Shown in pieces: positions 27,141 through 35,874 of a stretch of DNA of 64,000 bases (its first letter is position 1; each line of letters begins with the position of its first letter). Made by a program: the position numbers and the translations under genes. Below the pieces are notes generated by a model. It was given only the letters and a program-made list of their open reading frames with translations, was not told where the DNA came from and did not search any database. This stretch comes from an uncultured Candidatus Micrarchaeota archaeon (GTDB taxonomy: Archaea > Micrarchaeota > Micrarchaeia > Anstonellales > Bilamarchaeaceae), in contig OY970229.1 in NCBI GenBank assembly GCA_963714085.1, positions 1-64,000 of the forward strand, written 5' to 3'.

Positions 27141-27257
27141 TATTAGAATTTCTAATAATATTCTGTATCTAATCATTTTGTGCTGGGTTTCCAATCGAAG
27201 GCCGTCGCGCTTGGATGAAAAGATTTCAATTACTGATATCTTTTAGAATTTCCAATA
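27141..27257. promoter_or_regulatory. Two operator-like palindromes 100 bp apart in an AT-rich spacer
   Basis: TATTAGAA-T-TTCTAATA is a perfect inverted repeat at 27141-27157. TTTTAGAATTTCCAATA at 27241-27257 matches it at 15 of 17 positions. Confidence 0.45.
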
Positions 27258-27432
27258 TACTGTTAGATAAGATAAACAGCCGTCAAATCCTACGACGTTA
27301 AATCCATTTTTCGGGCCTATTTTCCTATGGAAGCCTATCTGCACGAGCGCTGGACACCACGTTTGTCTAGTGTAAATAAGTGTAGAAAGAAGAAATGTTT
27401 AAATACGCGAGCCAGCATAAACAGTGCAGGTG

Positions 27433-27852
27433 ATGATTTTGCCAAAGCAGAGACTCACAAGAACAAAAATAGTCAAAGCCACAGTAACCACACCGGCTGC
27501 AGCACCAAGACCGTTCAAAAAACAAGAAGCTGTCAAACCCCTATTCCTGACACCGGTTGAAATCAGCCGGATACCCAGGCTCGCGGTCCCGGAAGGCCTC
27601 ACGTGCGTCGCGAAGTGCCCTCTCGGCATGAACAGGAACGAGTTCGTAAGCGCGCTGGCGCGCGGGGGGTTCAATACGACGAGCACGAGTAGGTCTTATT
27701 TCGTTTCCCTAAGCGACTCCACCATCCTCGCTGCAACATCCCACGCGCTCGCAGAATTTCCCGACGCCAGATGCATGACAGCATCATTACCCAGCCATAT
27801 GGCCGGGCCGAGCTTCGTTCCTTTTCCTGGAAGGACCAAAGGAGTATTATAA
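27433..27852 (+). CDS. Hypothetical protein
   Basis: ORF with a BRE/TATA-like agaaatgtttaaata about 30 nt upstream; no recognised motif. Confidence 0.5.
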   Translation: MILPKQRLTRTKIVKATVTTPAAAPRPFKKQEAVKPLFLTPVEISRIPRLAVPEGLTCVAKCPLGMNRNEFVSALARGGFNTTSTSRSYFVSLSDSTILAATSHALAEFPDARCMTASLPSHMAGPSFVPFPGRTKGVL

Positions 27853-27876
27853 GCCCGCGAGCGAGTAGTGTTCACG

Positions 27877-28188
27877 ATGTTCGAAAAAACAGAGATTAGA
27901 AAGATTGCTCTCGTGGATCGCGCGATTCATAGTAAAAACTGCAGCGTAGTGGACTCCGGGGAGCGCCGGGGCGTTTACAAAGAAGGCAGAACAATCGGTT
28001 TCGTCCGCGTCCACAGGCTCGGGACACCGACTGTCTTTTTCGAAGAAGGTTACCATCCGTTCATGGAGGGGATACGAAGAGAGATCCAAAGGGATTATAC
28101 TGTGCGCTATGTAGAAATCCGTCCATCCGATTCCCCAAAAGCGACTGAGGCGCATTGGTCTGATTTTTTGCGTGCCACTCAAGTATAA
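27877..28188 (+). CDS. Hypothetical protein
   Basis: ORF co-oriented with and just downstream of the previous gene; no recognised motif. Confidence 0.45.
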   Translation: MFEKTEIRKIALVDRAIHSKNCSVVDSGERRGVYKEGRTIGFVRVHRLGTPTVFFEEGYHPFMEGIRREIQRDYTVRYVEIRPSDSPKATEAHWSDFLRATQV

Positions 28189-28363
28189 CATCTATTCGGT
28201 AAACCGTTTCCTTCTTTTCAAAACCGTATAAGTAAACCATGGGTCGTGCATTTTTCCTGGTTTTGGCCCCATGGTACACTATCACGATATTGAGCGAGGA
28301 ATCCTGAACCCGGAATACGGCTTACACGGGGAAGACAGGGCAAAAGAAGGGAAAACCGATCTT

Positions 28364-29176
28364 TTAGGGTGATTCAGGTTTACTGTCTTGAGGTTGGGAT
28401 GGTGGTGGTTTACTTAATTGGTATTTTTTAACAATTTTATTCACTAGGTCTGTTGTTTCATTTATTTTTTTAAATGAATATCTAGGCAGCCCGCTAATCC
28501 CTTCCATGTTTAGAAAAAGTTCGCTCATATGATCTCTATGCGCGCCTCCAAAAACGGGACGCAGTATCTTTTCATACTCATCGAGTTCTTTTTTGGAATA
28601 TGTGCTATGCTCTTTAGAGTTCTTCCAAACATTACTGAATTGAGCGTGCACTGACTTACATAGTTCATGATAAAGATCCGATATACTCTTTTCATCTTCT
28701 GCATCCCAGCGCACTTTCTTACGCCAATCTCTCGGCAGCTCATCGCTGAGTTTTAGATTCAAGTCGCGTCTTATCAACAATTCAATTATCTTTCTACATG
28801 CATCAATTGATTCGTAATAAAATTCAAAAACAAATAGTCGTATAGCAATCAGATACTGAATTTTAATGAACGTCATGCACTCTGAATCTCGGTAATTAAA
28901 TGGTTCATTGAGATCTTTACTATCTAACTTAGTGAATATATTTGCTACTTCTAACATATCTGAACGCACGGAACTGTCACAACATTTTCCAATCTGCATA
29001 ATAATAAGCCATTCCGGGTTATCCAGAAAGTTGCTCTGTTTTACGATTTTTTCATAATTTAAGGTACTCTTTACGTAGTGCCAGTACAGTTGGTCGATCA
29101 TGCTCGCTTTTTTGGCAGTGCGACTTTTTTTATCTGGTTCTGACATTTTCTCAATCTCTTTTATCTTTTCAATCAT
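28364..29176 (-). CDS. AT-rich hypothetical protein with a possible HEPN-like helical domain
   Basis: 270-aa ORF with GC clearly below its flanks. Segments YESIDACRKIIELLI and DLYHELCKSVH resemble DUF4145/DUF5677-type HEPN motifs. Confidence 0.6.
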   Translation of the reverse strand: MIEKIKEIEKMSEPDKKSRTAKKASMIDQLYWHYVKSTLNYEKIVKQSNFLDNPEWLIIMQIGKCCDSSVRSDMLEVANIFTKLDSKDLNEPFNYRDSECMTFIKIQYLIAIRLFVFEFYYESIDACRKIIELLIRRDLNLKLSDELPRDWRKKVRWDAEDEKSISDLYHELCKSVHAQFSNVWKNSKEHSTYSKKELDEYEKILRPVFGGAHRDHMSELFLNMEGISGLPRYSFKKINETTDLVNKIVKKYQLSKPPPSQPQDSKPESP

Positions 29177-29196
29177 TCTTTTAGAATACCTGTATT

Positions 29197-29730
29197 TTAA
29201 CCTTTCTTCCTCGCCAGCTTCATCACTTCCTTCATGAACGCCGGCAAATCCCCCGGATACCTGGACGTCACGAGATTGCCGTCCACCACGACCTCGGCAT
29301 CGACGTAATCCGCCCCGCCCTTCTTGAGCTCGTCCGGAACACCGTCTCCCCAGAAGGACGTCATCTTCCTTCCCTTGACAAGGCCGGCGGATATCAGCGT
29401 GTATGGCCCGTGGCAGATGGCGACGACAGGCTTCTTCTTTTCCATGAACGCCTTGGCTATCTTCTGGGCAATGGGACTCTTCCGAACAGTGGTCGGAGCC
29501 CCGTCAGGCGCGCCTCCTGGCAAAAACAGCATGTCGTATTTCGCCGGATCCACTTCATCGAACGTCTTGGTTATCTCGAACTCGTAGCCGTGCTCGCCCT
29601 GGATATGGCCTTTCTTGGGCCCTGCGACGTCAACCGAGATCCCCTCCTCGAGCATCCTGAAAAGAGGGAAGAACAGCTCCATGTCCTCGAATACGTCCGC
29701 CGTAAGGATTATCGCTTTCTTGACTGCCAT
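29197..29730 (-). CDS. pfpI: DJ-1/PfpI family protein (type 1 glutamine amidotransferase-like)
   Basis: Motifs FEDMEL, LFLPGG, AICHGP and VVVDGNLVTSR.PGDLPAF. Confidence 0.92.
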   Translation of the reverse strand: MAVKKAIILTADVFEDMELFFPLFRMLEEGISVDVAGPKKGHIQGEHGYEFEITKTFDEVDPAKYDMLFLPGGAPDGAPTTVRKSPIAQKIAKAFMEKKKPVVAICHGPYTLISAGLVKGRKMTSFWGDGVPDELKKGGADYVDAEVVVDGNLVTSRYPGDLPAFMKEVMKLARKKG

Positions 29731-29758
29731 GCCATCCACTCCAATCATTTTTTTTAAA

Positions 29759-30028
29759 TTACTGCTCCCTCACCCACCTTTCATACTCCTTGTGGTCCCC
29801 AACGAAATAAATCTTTCGTGCCTTTCGCTCCTCGAAGGATTTGTAGCAAATCCGGTACTGCCCGACTTCTTCTACAAAGAAATCAACACCGAAGTGCAGG
29901 TGGCGCCCGGGCAAACCAGTTTTAATCTGCATGATTTTTTTCCATATCCTTTTCTGAATATCAGAACTGAAGTTTTCGAAATGTTTATCCCATTTTGGAT
30001 CATATTCTATGGAATACATATCAGACAT
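29759..30028 (-). CDS. RelE/ParE-superfamily toxin
   Basis: ~86-89 aa basic protein with IQKRIWKKI, VGQYRICY and IYFVGDHKEYERW. The start (ATG 30028 or 30019) overlaps or abuts the antitoxin stop. Confidence 0.75.
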   Translation of the reverse strand: MSDMYSIEYDPKWDKHFENFSSDIQKRIWKKIMQIKTGLPGRHLHFGVDFFVEEVGQYRICYKSFEERKARKIYFVGDHKEYERWVREQ

Positions 30029-30296
30029 CTCGAAGATGAGGATACTTCTTAAGTACCTCAGCTTCAGAAAGAACTTTTCTTTTTCCGGCAGCAATCTCTT
30101 TGTCAATTCTCTGCATCTTCTCGACTGCGAGGCGATCGAGCTCGTCTTCTCTCTCCAGGTGGTGCTCCCGGTAATCAAGAAGCGCCAGCCTGATCGCTTC
30201 GGTTCTGCTCGCTGCACGGCCACGGTGGATTATTTCGTCAATGGTATCTGCGACATCCCCACTAAACTGCGCATGGACATTTATTGTATTTTTCAT
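30021..30296 (-). CDS. Ribbon-helix-helix (CopG/MetJ-like) antitoxin
   Basis: IDEIIHRGRAASRTEAIRLAL fits the RHH pattern. It lies directly upstream of the toxin, with TATA-like tatttatat about 22 nt upstream. Confidence 0.78.
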   Translation of the reverse strand: MKNTINVHAQFSGDVADTIDEIIHRGRAASRTEAIRLALLDYREHHLEREDELDRLAVEKMQRIDKEIAAGKRKVLSEAEVLKKYPHLRDV

Positions 30297-30355
30297 GTAT
30301 CTCTATTGTACTACAGATATATAAATAGGTTTCGGTTGCGTACCTTGCAGGCCTG

Positions 30356-30826
30356 TCATCTCATCGCCGCCTTCAGCTTCTTTATATCCAATTTCTTCAT
30401 CCTCAGCAGCGCGCCCATCACTTCTTTTCCCTTAGGACCGCTCAGCATGTTATCCAAGGCAGCGGGAACGACCTGCCAGGACACGCCGTACTTGTCCTTG
30501 AGCCAGCCGCACTGGCTCTCCTTCCCGCCCTGGGTGAGTTTCTTCCAATAATGATCTATCTCGGCCTGCGTCCTGCAGCTCACCACGAACGAGATGGACT
30601 CGTTGAACTTGAATATCGGACCGCCGTTCAAGGCAGTGAAATCCTGGCCATTGAGCCGGAACGCGACGGTCAGAACCGACCCCGCGGGCATTCCCGCGAC
30701 GTTGGCGCTTTCTTCGTCGTAGCGGGTCATCCCGACAATCTTCGAGTTCGGGAAGACGGACGTATAGAACCTGGCGGCTTTCTCTGCATCCTTGCCGAAC
30801 CAAAGGAACGGTGTTATCTTCTGCAT
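30356..30826 (-). CDS. VOC/PhnB-like (3-dmu-9_3-mt family) protein
   Basis: Motifs MQKITPFLWF, ALNGGP.FKFNESISF, QCGWLKDKYGVSWQVVP and MKKLDI. Confidence 0.92.
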   Translation of the reverse strand: MQKITPFLWFGKDAEKAARFYTSVFPNSKIVGMTRYDEESANVAGMPAGSVLTVAFRLNGQDFTALNGGPIFKFNESISFVVSCRTQAEIDHYWKKLTQGGKESQCGWLKDKYGVSWQVVPAALDNMLSGPKGKEVMGALLRMKKLDIKKLKAAMR

Positions 30827-30830
30827 GATA

Positions 30831-31556
30831 TCACTTCTCTTTTCCAAGATTTTTCATCCACTCGTGCGCGTACACTTCCGCATCCCCGCTCGTTATTGCG
30901 TAGAGTATCCGCTCCGCGACATGCTCCGCGGTGTCCTCCTTCTGCGGCAGCTCGCCGTCCCACGCGGGCACGGAGTCCTTTATCGTGTTCGCCTCGAAGT
31001 TCGTGGCCGTGGCGTACGGGTAGATGACGCTAACTACTATTTTGTCCTTCCTGAGCTCCTCCCGTGCGGTCAGGCTGATGCCAACGAGCGCCCTTTTCAA
31101 AGATGAGTATGCTCCCATGTTGGGCCAGCTCGCGAGTGCGGTGGCGGAACTGACATTGACTATAGCGCCCCCTCCTTGCTTCCTCATCAGCGGCACGACC
31201 TCCTGCATGGCCGCCAAAGGCCCCACGACATCCAAATCAAAGATGCGGTGGTACGTCTCCAGGTTTATCTCCTCTATCGGAGCGTCATATCCCTGGCCGG
31301 CGTTATTGATGAGCATGTCTATCCTTCCGAAATGCTCCACCGCCTGCCTGACCATAGCCTTGATCTGCGGCACCGACGTCATGTCCGCCTGGATGGAAAT
31401 AGACCCGGGAAGCTCCTTTGCGAGCGCGTCCAGCTTGTCCTTAGAACGGGCCGCTAAAACGAGTTTCGCGCCCTGCTTGGCAAGGAGCCTGGCAGTGGCC
31501 AATCCTATGCCTGATGAAGCTCCTGTGACGATTACGACCTTGTTGGAGAGTTCCAT
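30831..31556 (-). CDS. Short-chain dehydrogenase/reductase
   Basis: Motifs TGASSGIG, INNAG, NVSS and YSSLK (YxxxK). Confidence 0.93.
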   Translation of the reverse strand: MELSNKVVIVTGASSGIGLATARLLAKQGAKLVLAARSKDKLDALAKELPGSISIQADMTSVPQIKAMVRQAVEHFGRIDMLINNAGQGYDAPIEEINLETYHRIFDLDVVGPLAAMQEVVPLMRKQGGGAIVNVSSATALASWPNMGAYSSLKRALVGISLTAREELRKDKIVVSVIYPYATATNFEANTIKDSVPAWDGELPQKEDTAEHVAERILYAITSGDAEVYAHEWMKNLGKEK

Positions 31557-31611
31557 GGGTATCGCTCTCCTTTGAAGTATTTTAACCTTAGCCTACTACA
31601 GATCGGGTCGC

Positions 31612-32277
31612 TTAGAACTCGTCTAAAACGCAGCCCCCTCTCGCTATCGCCCCGTCCAGGATCATCCTGACGCCTTTTGCCAGGGCTCTCTCGCACGAGC
31701 TGCAGAAGTCCAATCCCCTCGCGGCCTGGTCCAGGAAGCGGTCCAGGCTCTTTTTATTGGGCCTTAGGAGGCAGCCGTCATCATCGCAGTGGGCGTCCCG
31801 GTCCATCAGAAGGTGGCCTATCTCGTGCATCGTGAGGGACACTATCTGCTTTTCCCTAGAAGGGGCGTCTGTCCGTGAGATCGGAATGCTGTCGATCACG
31901 GCCGTTGACACGAAAGCGAATGAAGCGAACCGGCTTGAGCCCATGACTTCCCTTTTGTTTTGGCCTTCCCTTGTGAACAGGCGTTGGGCCGTGATGCCGA
32001 CCCCGAGACTGTCCCTCGGGGAAATGGATTCGCGTATCCTCTCGAGGGTCCTTTCTTCGCTTAATTCGCTGATGAGATGGGCCTCCGGGTGCGCGAGCAC
32101 GTCCCTCACGAACGCGCTGTACCGGACGGTGCGCAAGGTGTCCCTGTCAATCGGCATGACGTCGCATTCCACACCGTAGCTCCTGAACCTGTGCGCGGCC
32201 TTCAAGGCTGCCGCGACGTCCTCCTTACGGACGGATTGGGATGCGAATAGCCTGAGCTGGACGTCTCTCATGATCAT
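31612..32277 (-). CDS. Archaemetzincin-like (M54) Zn metalloprotease
   Basis: HEIGHLLMDRDAHCDDDGC...FCSSC: HExxH, a third His and a four-Cys Zn site. Confidence 0.72.
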   Translation of the reverse strand: MIMRDVQLRLFASQSVRKEDVAAALKAAHRFRSYGVECDVMPIDRDTLRTVRYSAFVRDVLAHPEAHLISELSEERTLERIRESISPRDSLGVGITAQRLFTREGQNKREVMGSSRFASFAFVSTAVIDSIPISRTDAPSREKQIVSLTMHEIGHLLMDRDAHCDDDGCLLRPNKKSLDRFLDQAARGLDFCSSCERALAKGVRMILDGAIARGGCVLDEF

Positions 32278-32310
32278 ATTATGTCAGAAGAAGTATATAA
32301 ATATGTCTAT

Positions 32311-32973
32311 TTACAGCCCTACGGCGTCCAAACCCCAGTCCTGGACCACAGCGACCCCGTTCTTGATCATCCTGATGCCTCTCGCCAGCGCTTTCTTGCA
32401 GGAGCCGCAGAAGTCCAGCTCCTTGTCGATTGCATCCAGCATGCGTTCCACGCTATTCCTATTGGGCCTTGCGATGCAGCGTTCGTCCCAGCAGCCGTTC
32501 CGATCCATCAGGGCACGGCTTATCTCGTACTTCGCAACTGCTTCGATCAACTTGTCCTTGGGGACCGAGGTTAGTATGGTGGGCAGGTCCTGGTCTATTA
32601 TGGCAGTGGACAGGAAAGCGTACGAACCGAACACGCCGGTGCCGAACACGTCGACCCTCATGTCGGAGTGCCTCCTTGCGAACAGGTTTTGCGTCGTGAT
32701 CCCCACTCCGATGTAATCCCTTGGGAAAACGAGTTCCCGGAACATGCCGAACGTCCTTTCCCTCAGATCGTTGATGGCGTGGGCATCCGGCCGCCGGAGC
32801 ACGTCCCTCACGAACGAGCTGTACCGGACGGCGCGCAGATTGCTCTCATCCGCCGACCTGATATCGTAACCGATCCCGTATCCCTTGAAAACGCGCGCGG
32901 CGCTTTCGACCGCCCTGACTTCGCACTCACGGACTGGTCCGGATGCCAATAGCATGAGTCGTACATTCTTCAT
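32311..32973 (-). CDS. Archaemetzincin-like paralogue lacking the catalytic His ligands
   Basis: Aligns end to end with its neighbour (VRYS.FVRDVL..P.AH.I, GVGIT.Q.LF.R, LDFC.SC..ALA.G.RMI..G), but HEIGH is replaced by YEISR. Confidence 0.7.
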   Translation of the reverse strand: MKNVRLMLLASGPVRECEVRAVESAARVFKGYGIGYDIRSADESNLRAVRYSSFVRDVLRRPDAHAINDLRERTFGMFRELVFPRDYIGVGITTQNLFARRHSDMRVDVFGTGVFGSYAFLSTAIIDQDLPTILTSVPKDKLIEAVAKYEISRALMDRNGCWDERCIARPNRNSVERMLDAIDKELDFCGSCKKALARGIRMIKNGVAVVQDWGLDAVGL

Positions 32974-33047
32974 TATTATAACATGTCAAAATAAGCATAT
33001 AAATGTGCTCATCTACGGCCTGACATCGGCAAACCAGCCAGGAATCC

Positions 33048-33731
33048 TCACCCTTTTTTCGCTTTCCTGGCCTTGGGAGCGGGTTTCGCTGCGTTTTTCT
33101 TCATCAGGTCCGCATAAAGCACGTAGGAGTAGGCCACGGCCGCCAATATCGCCAGGAGGAACAGCGCGAAGACTATCAGGATGGTATAAGCCGGCAGGAG
33201 CACCGTGAAGAGCATCAGTATCCCTGCCACCTTGAACGCCGTGGCGCCGAACCTGTGCGTCTTGTCCCAGACCTCGTCGCTGGAGAGCGTCCAGGGCGTG
33301 CGTATGCCCACGAACCAGTTCCTCTTCACCTTGTCGAGAAGGAGGCCGATGCAGAAGAAGAGGCCGCCGAGCAGTATCGGGATGGTGAGGCTGAAGCTTA
33401 TGATAGTCCCCATGTTCCAGAGCACGGTCTGGAGGTATACGAGGAACAGGAACGCAGTGACCACGAGCGCGAAGCCGAAATAGGCGGTCTTGGACTTCTC
33501 TATGTTGGCGCGCAGCGGGTCTATAATTGGAAGGATGCCGAATACGGCCAGCAGCACGGTCAGTATCACCGGGAACAGGAACGCGCCGAAAATCTTCGGC
33601 ATGTATCCATCTGGTTGTCCGGACAAGCCCCAGTGCGTTGCCACCGGCTCGGGTAGCGCGGTATACGCGTACGCCCCTATGATGAACGACAGCACGACCA
33701 ATATCATGGCCGCTTTGAACTGGTTTTCCAT
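33048..33731 (-). CDS. SdpI/YhfL family membrane protein with DUF1648-like N-terminus
   Basis: Motifs LPEPVATHWGLSGQPDGY and NWFVGIRTPWTLSSDEVWDKTHR; several hydrophobic helices. Confidence 0.88.
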   Translation of the reverse strand: MENQFKAAMILVVLSFIIGAYAYTALPEPVATHWGLSGQPDGYMPKIFGAFLFPVILTVLLAVFGILPIIDPLRANIEKSKTAYFGFALVVTAFLFLVYLQTVLWNMGTIISFSLTIPILLGGLFFCIGLLLDKVKRNWFVGIRTPWTLSSDEVWDKTHRFGATAFKVAGILMLFTVLLPAYTILIVFALFLLAILAAVAYSYVLYADLMKKNAAKPAPKARKAKKG

Positions 33732-33746
33732 TTAGGATTCTCCGTC

Positions 33747-33905
33747 TCAGTCCGCTTCCGCGAGCTTCTTCTTGAGCAGCGCCAGCTCGTCGTGGAGGGC
33801 GTGGTTCTTCTTGAGGGGGTCCATGCGCGCCTTCTCCTCAAGCTCCTCGATCTTCTTCTTTATGTTGGCTACTTTCCTCGAGAGGTCCTTTTTGCTCATT
33901 CCCAT
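33747..33905 (-). CDS. 52-aa charged helical-hairpin small protein (absent from ORF track)
   Basis: Manual translation: MGMSKKDLSRKVANIKKKIEELEEKARMDPLKKNHALHDELALLKKKLAEAD*. Codons are strongly G/C-ending, it fills the gap between the SdpI-like gene and rbr, and a TATA-like tttaaag lies upstream. Confidence 0.75.
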   Translation of the reverse strand: MGMSKKDLSRKVANIKKKIEELEEKARMDPLKKNHALHDELALLKKKLAEAD

Positions 33906-33966
33906 GGAATCCCCTTCCCAGTAAAACCTTTAAAGCCTCCCGTTCGAACTCATTACTGGTGGAATC

Positions 33967-34542
33967 ATGAACACTACAGAGCATCTGGCACAGGGCTTCA
34001 TAGGAGAGTCCATGGCGAGGAACAGGTACACGATGTACGCCAAGGCCGCGCGCACCGAAGGGTACGAGCAGATCAGCGGGCTCTTCCTGGAGACCGCGGA
34101 GAACGAGCGCATACACGCGAAATGGTTCTTCAACATGATGAACGAGGCCGCCGCCAAGCAGGGCGTGCCGAAGATAAAGGTGGATTCCGACGTCCCGAAC
34201 GTCCTGGGCGACACCGTGGCGAACCTCAAGGCCGCGATAATGGGCGAGCACCACGAGTACGCGGAGATGTACCCGGAGATAGCCGATGTCGCGCAGAAGG
34301 AGGGATTCCCCCTGGTCGCAGGCCGCGTCCGCGCCATCATGAAGGCCGAGATGCACCACGAGGGCAGGTACCAGAAGCTCCTCGACGTGATAGAGAAGGG
34401 GACGATCTTCAAGAAAGGCGGCAAGATATACTGGGTGTGCAGGGAGTGCGGATACATCCACGAGGCCAGCGAGCCGCCGCTCAAGTGCCCGTCCTGCGAC
34501 AACCCGAGGGCGTTCTTCCAGGTACAGTCCGAGAACTACTGA
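33967..34542 (+). CDS. rbr: Rubrerythrin
   Basis: GESMARNRY, ENERIHA, GEHHEY and AEMHHE diiron motifs, plus a C-terminal rubredoxin-like CRECG...CPSC. Confidence 0.95.
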   Translation: MNTTEHLAQGFIGESMARNRYTMYAKAARTEGYEQISGLFLETAENERIHAKWFFNMMNEAAAKQGVPKIKVDSDVPNVLGDTVANLKAAIMGEHHEYAEMYPEIADVAQKEGFPLVAGRVRAIMKAEMHHEGRYQKLLDVIEKGTIFKKGGKIYWVCRECGYIHEASEPPLKCPSCDNPRAFFQVQSENY

Positions 34543-34618
34543 TTTTTTTATTTTCCTCTTATTATCCGAAAAATCAGGCCCTGAAAAAATAATGTAATAA
34601 AAAAAAGAGAATCTAGTC

Positions 34619-35773
34619 TTAGTAATTGCTGCGCATGGGCGGGGGCTTCGCGGGGAACGTGGTCATGTTGGTGGTGACCACGTGCCAGAGGTTGTTCGCC
34701 CCGTCCCCGGTCACGGTGTCAGGCTGGCCGTCGAAGGAATCGAGGTAGAGCGGCATGCCGTTGTAGGTGACCTGGATCAGGCCGTCCGCGCGCACCACGG
34801 TGGCCAGCTTGCCAGGCAGTCCGCTCACGTCCGTGGTGTAGCCGGAGGACAGCACGAGCGGCGGCCATGCCGACTTGCAGGTGTAGAGGCAGGTGGGCGT
34901 GCTGAGCGAGTCGTCGGAATACACGTACAGCGCATATCCGTAGGCATTGGTCAGGATGTCCCCGTACTGCGTGGTGTGGTACACCTGGACCACGGGTTTC
35001 GTAATGTTGGTGACCGGCACTGGCGCCGGTATCGCCGGCGGCACTATCAGGCCCGTGCATCTCCAGTTGACCTCTCCGGTCATGTTCTCGCCTATCACGC
35101 ACGCCGGGGAGCAGCCGGACTTCACGGTGTCCAGGTCTATCCACCAGGTCGCGGTGTAGTTGTTGTACATCGAGACGTTGGTCAGGTTGCCGACAGAGAG
35201 GCAGTCGCTTATGCTCATGGACTCCGCCTCGGAGACGGTCATCGGCCTAGGGAAGAAGCTGATGTTGGGCTGGGCCACGAACCACACGCCCAGGATCCCC
35301 TCCCCGTTCACATCGCCGGCTTTCTGGTCAGCGCTGTAATAGTAGAGCGGCATCCCGTTATAGGTGGCCTGGCTCGTGCCGTCGGCCCTCTGGATGGTGC
35401 CTAGAGTGCCGGAAAGGCCCTGGCCGACCGCGCTGCCGTTAAGCGGGGGCCAGATCCCGGCGCACCTTCCTGCGCAGTTGGATTCGTTTATCCCGTCGGT
35501 CGTGAAGATATAAAGCGCCATCCCGTTGCCGTCGACCAAAATGGTCCCGAGCGAGGGGTTTGAAGCAGTGCTCACGGTCACGGGCTTCGGAACGACAGGA
35601 GTGACATTCGCGGGCGGAGTCACGTTCGCGGTCGGCGGCGCGGTATTGTTCGCGACCGGCGTCACGTTTGTCGTGGCCGAGGTATTGTTGCTTACAATCT
35701 GCGGCGTCTGGGTGCAGCCCGCGCTCAGAAGCAGCAGCGCCGCACAGAACATGAGAAAGAATTTTTTCACCAT
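34619..35773 (-). CDS. Lipoprotein with Lipoprotein_15 (COG4315) repeats and a central Cys-rich module
   Basis: Lipobox-like LLLSAGC and a Pro/Thr linker. Two copies of G.ALY....D......C...C...WPPL...[13 protein letters not shown] flank a central TWWID...GCSPACV...NWRCTGL module. Confidence 0.85.
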   Translation of the reverse strand: MVKKFFLMFCAALLLLSAGCTQTPQIVSNNTSATTNVTPVANNTAPPTANVTPPANVTPVVPKPVTVSTASNPSLGTILVDGNGMALYIFTTDGINESNCAGRCAGIWPPLNGSAVGQGLSGTLGTIQRADGTSQATYNGMPLYYYSADQKAGDVNGEGILGVWFVAQPNISFFPRPMTVSEAESMSISDCLSVGNLTNVSMYNNYTATWWIDLDTVKSGCSPACVIGENMTGEVNWRCTGLIVPPAIPAPVPVTNITKPVVQVYHTTQYGDILTNAYGYALYVYSDDSLSTPTCLYTCKSAWPPLVLSSGYTTDVSGLPGKLATVVRADGLIQVTYNGMPLYLDSFDGQPDTVTGDGANNLWHVVTTNMTTFPAKPPPMRSNY

Positions 35774-35874
35774 TATCACCTGAATCGGATTGCCTTGCAA
35801 GCATTAAAAATATGCCGGTGGGCGACTTTCGGAGCGGGAAAGCGGTTATAAACCTTAATCCTGAATCCATAGCC

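Noticed and set aside
27180..27260. GTTTCCAAT / ATTTCAAT / ATTTCCAAT words resembling CRISPR repeat ends
   Set aside because: The matches are only 8-9 nt, no full repeat is conserved, and there are no cas genes in the window.
28061..28285. Minus-strand ORF starting MIVYHG...GF, reminiscent of an ADP-ribosyltransferase N-terminus
   Set aside because: It is only 74 aa with a GTG start, the motif spacing is off, later ART motifs are missing, and it overlaps a plus-strand ORF.
33792..34592. 266-aa plus-strand and 190-207-aa minus-strand ORFs over rubrerythrin
   Set aside because: These are shadow frames; rubrerythrin and the 52-aa minus-strand ORF explain the region.
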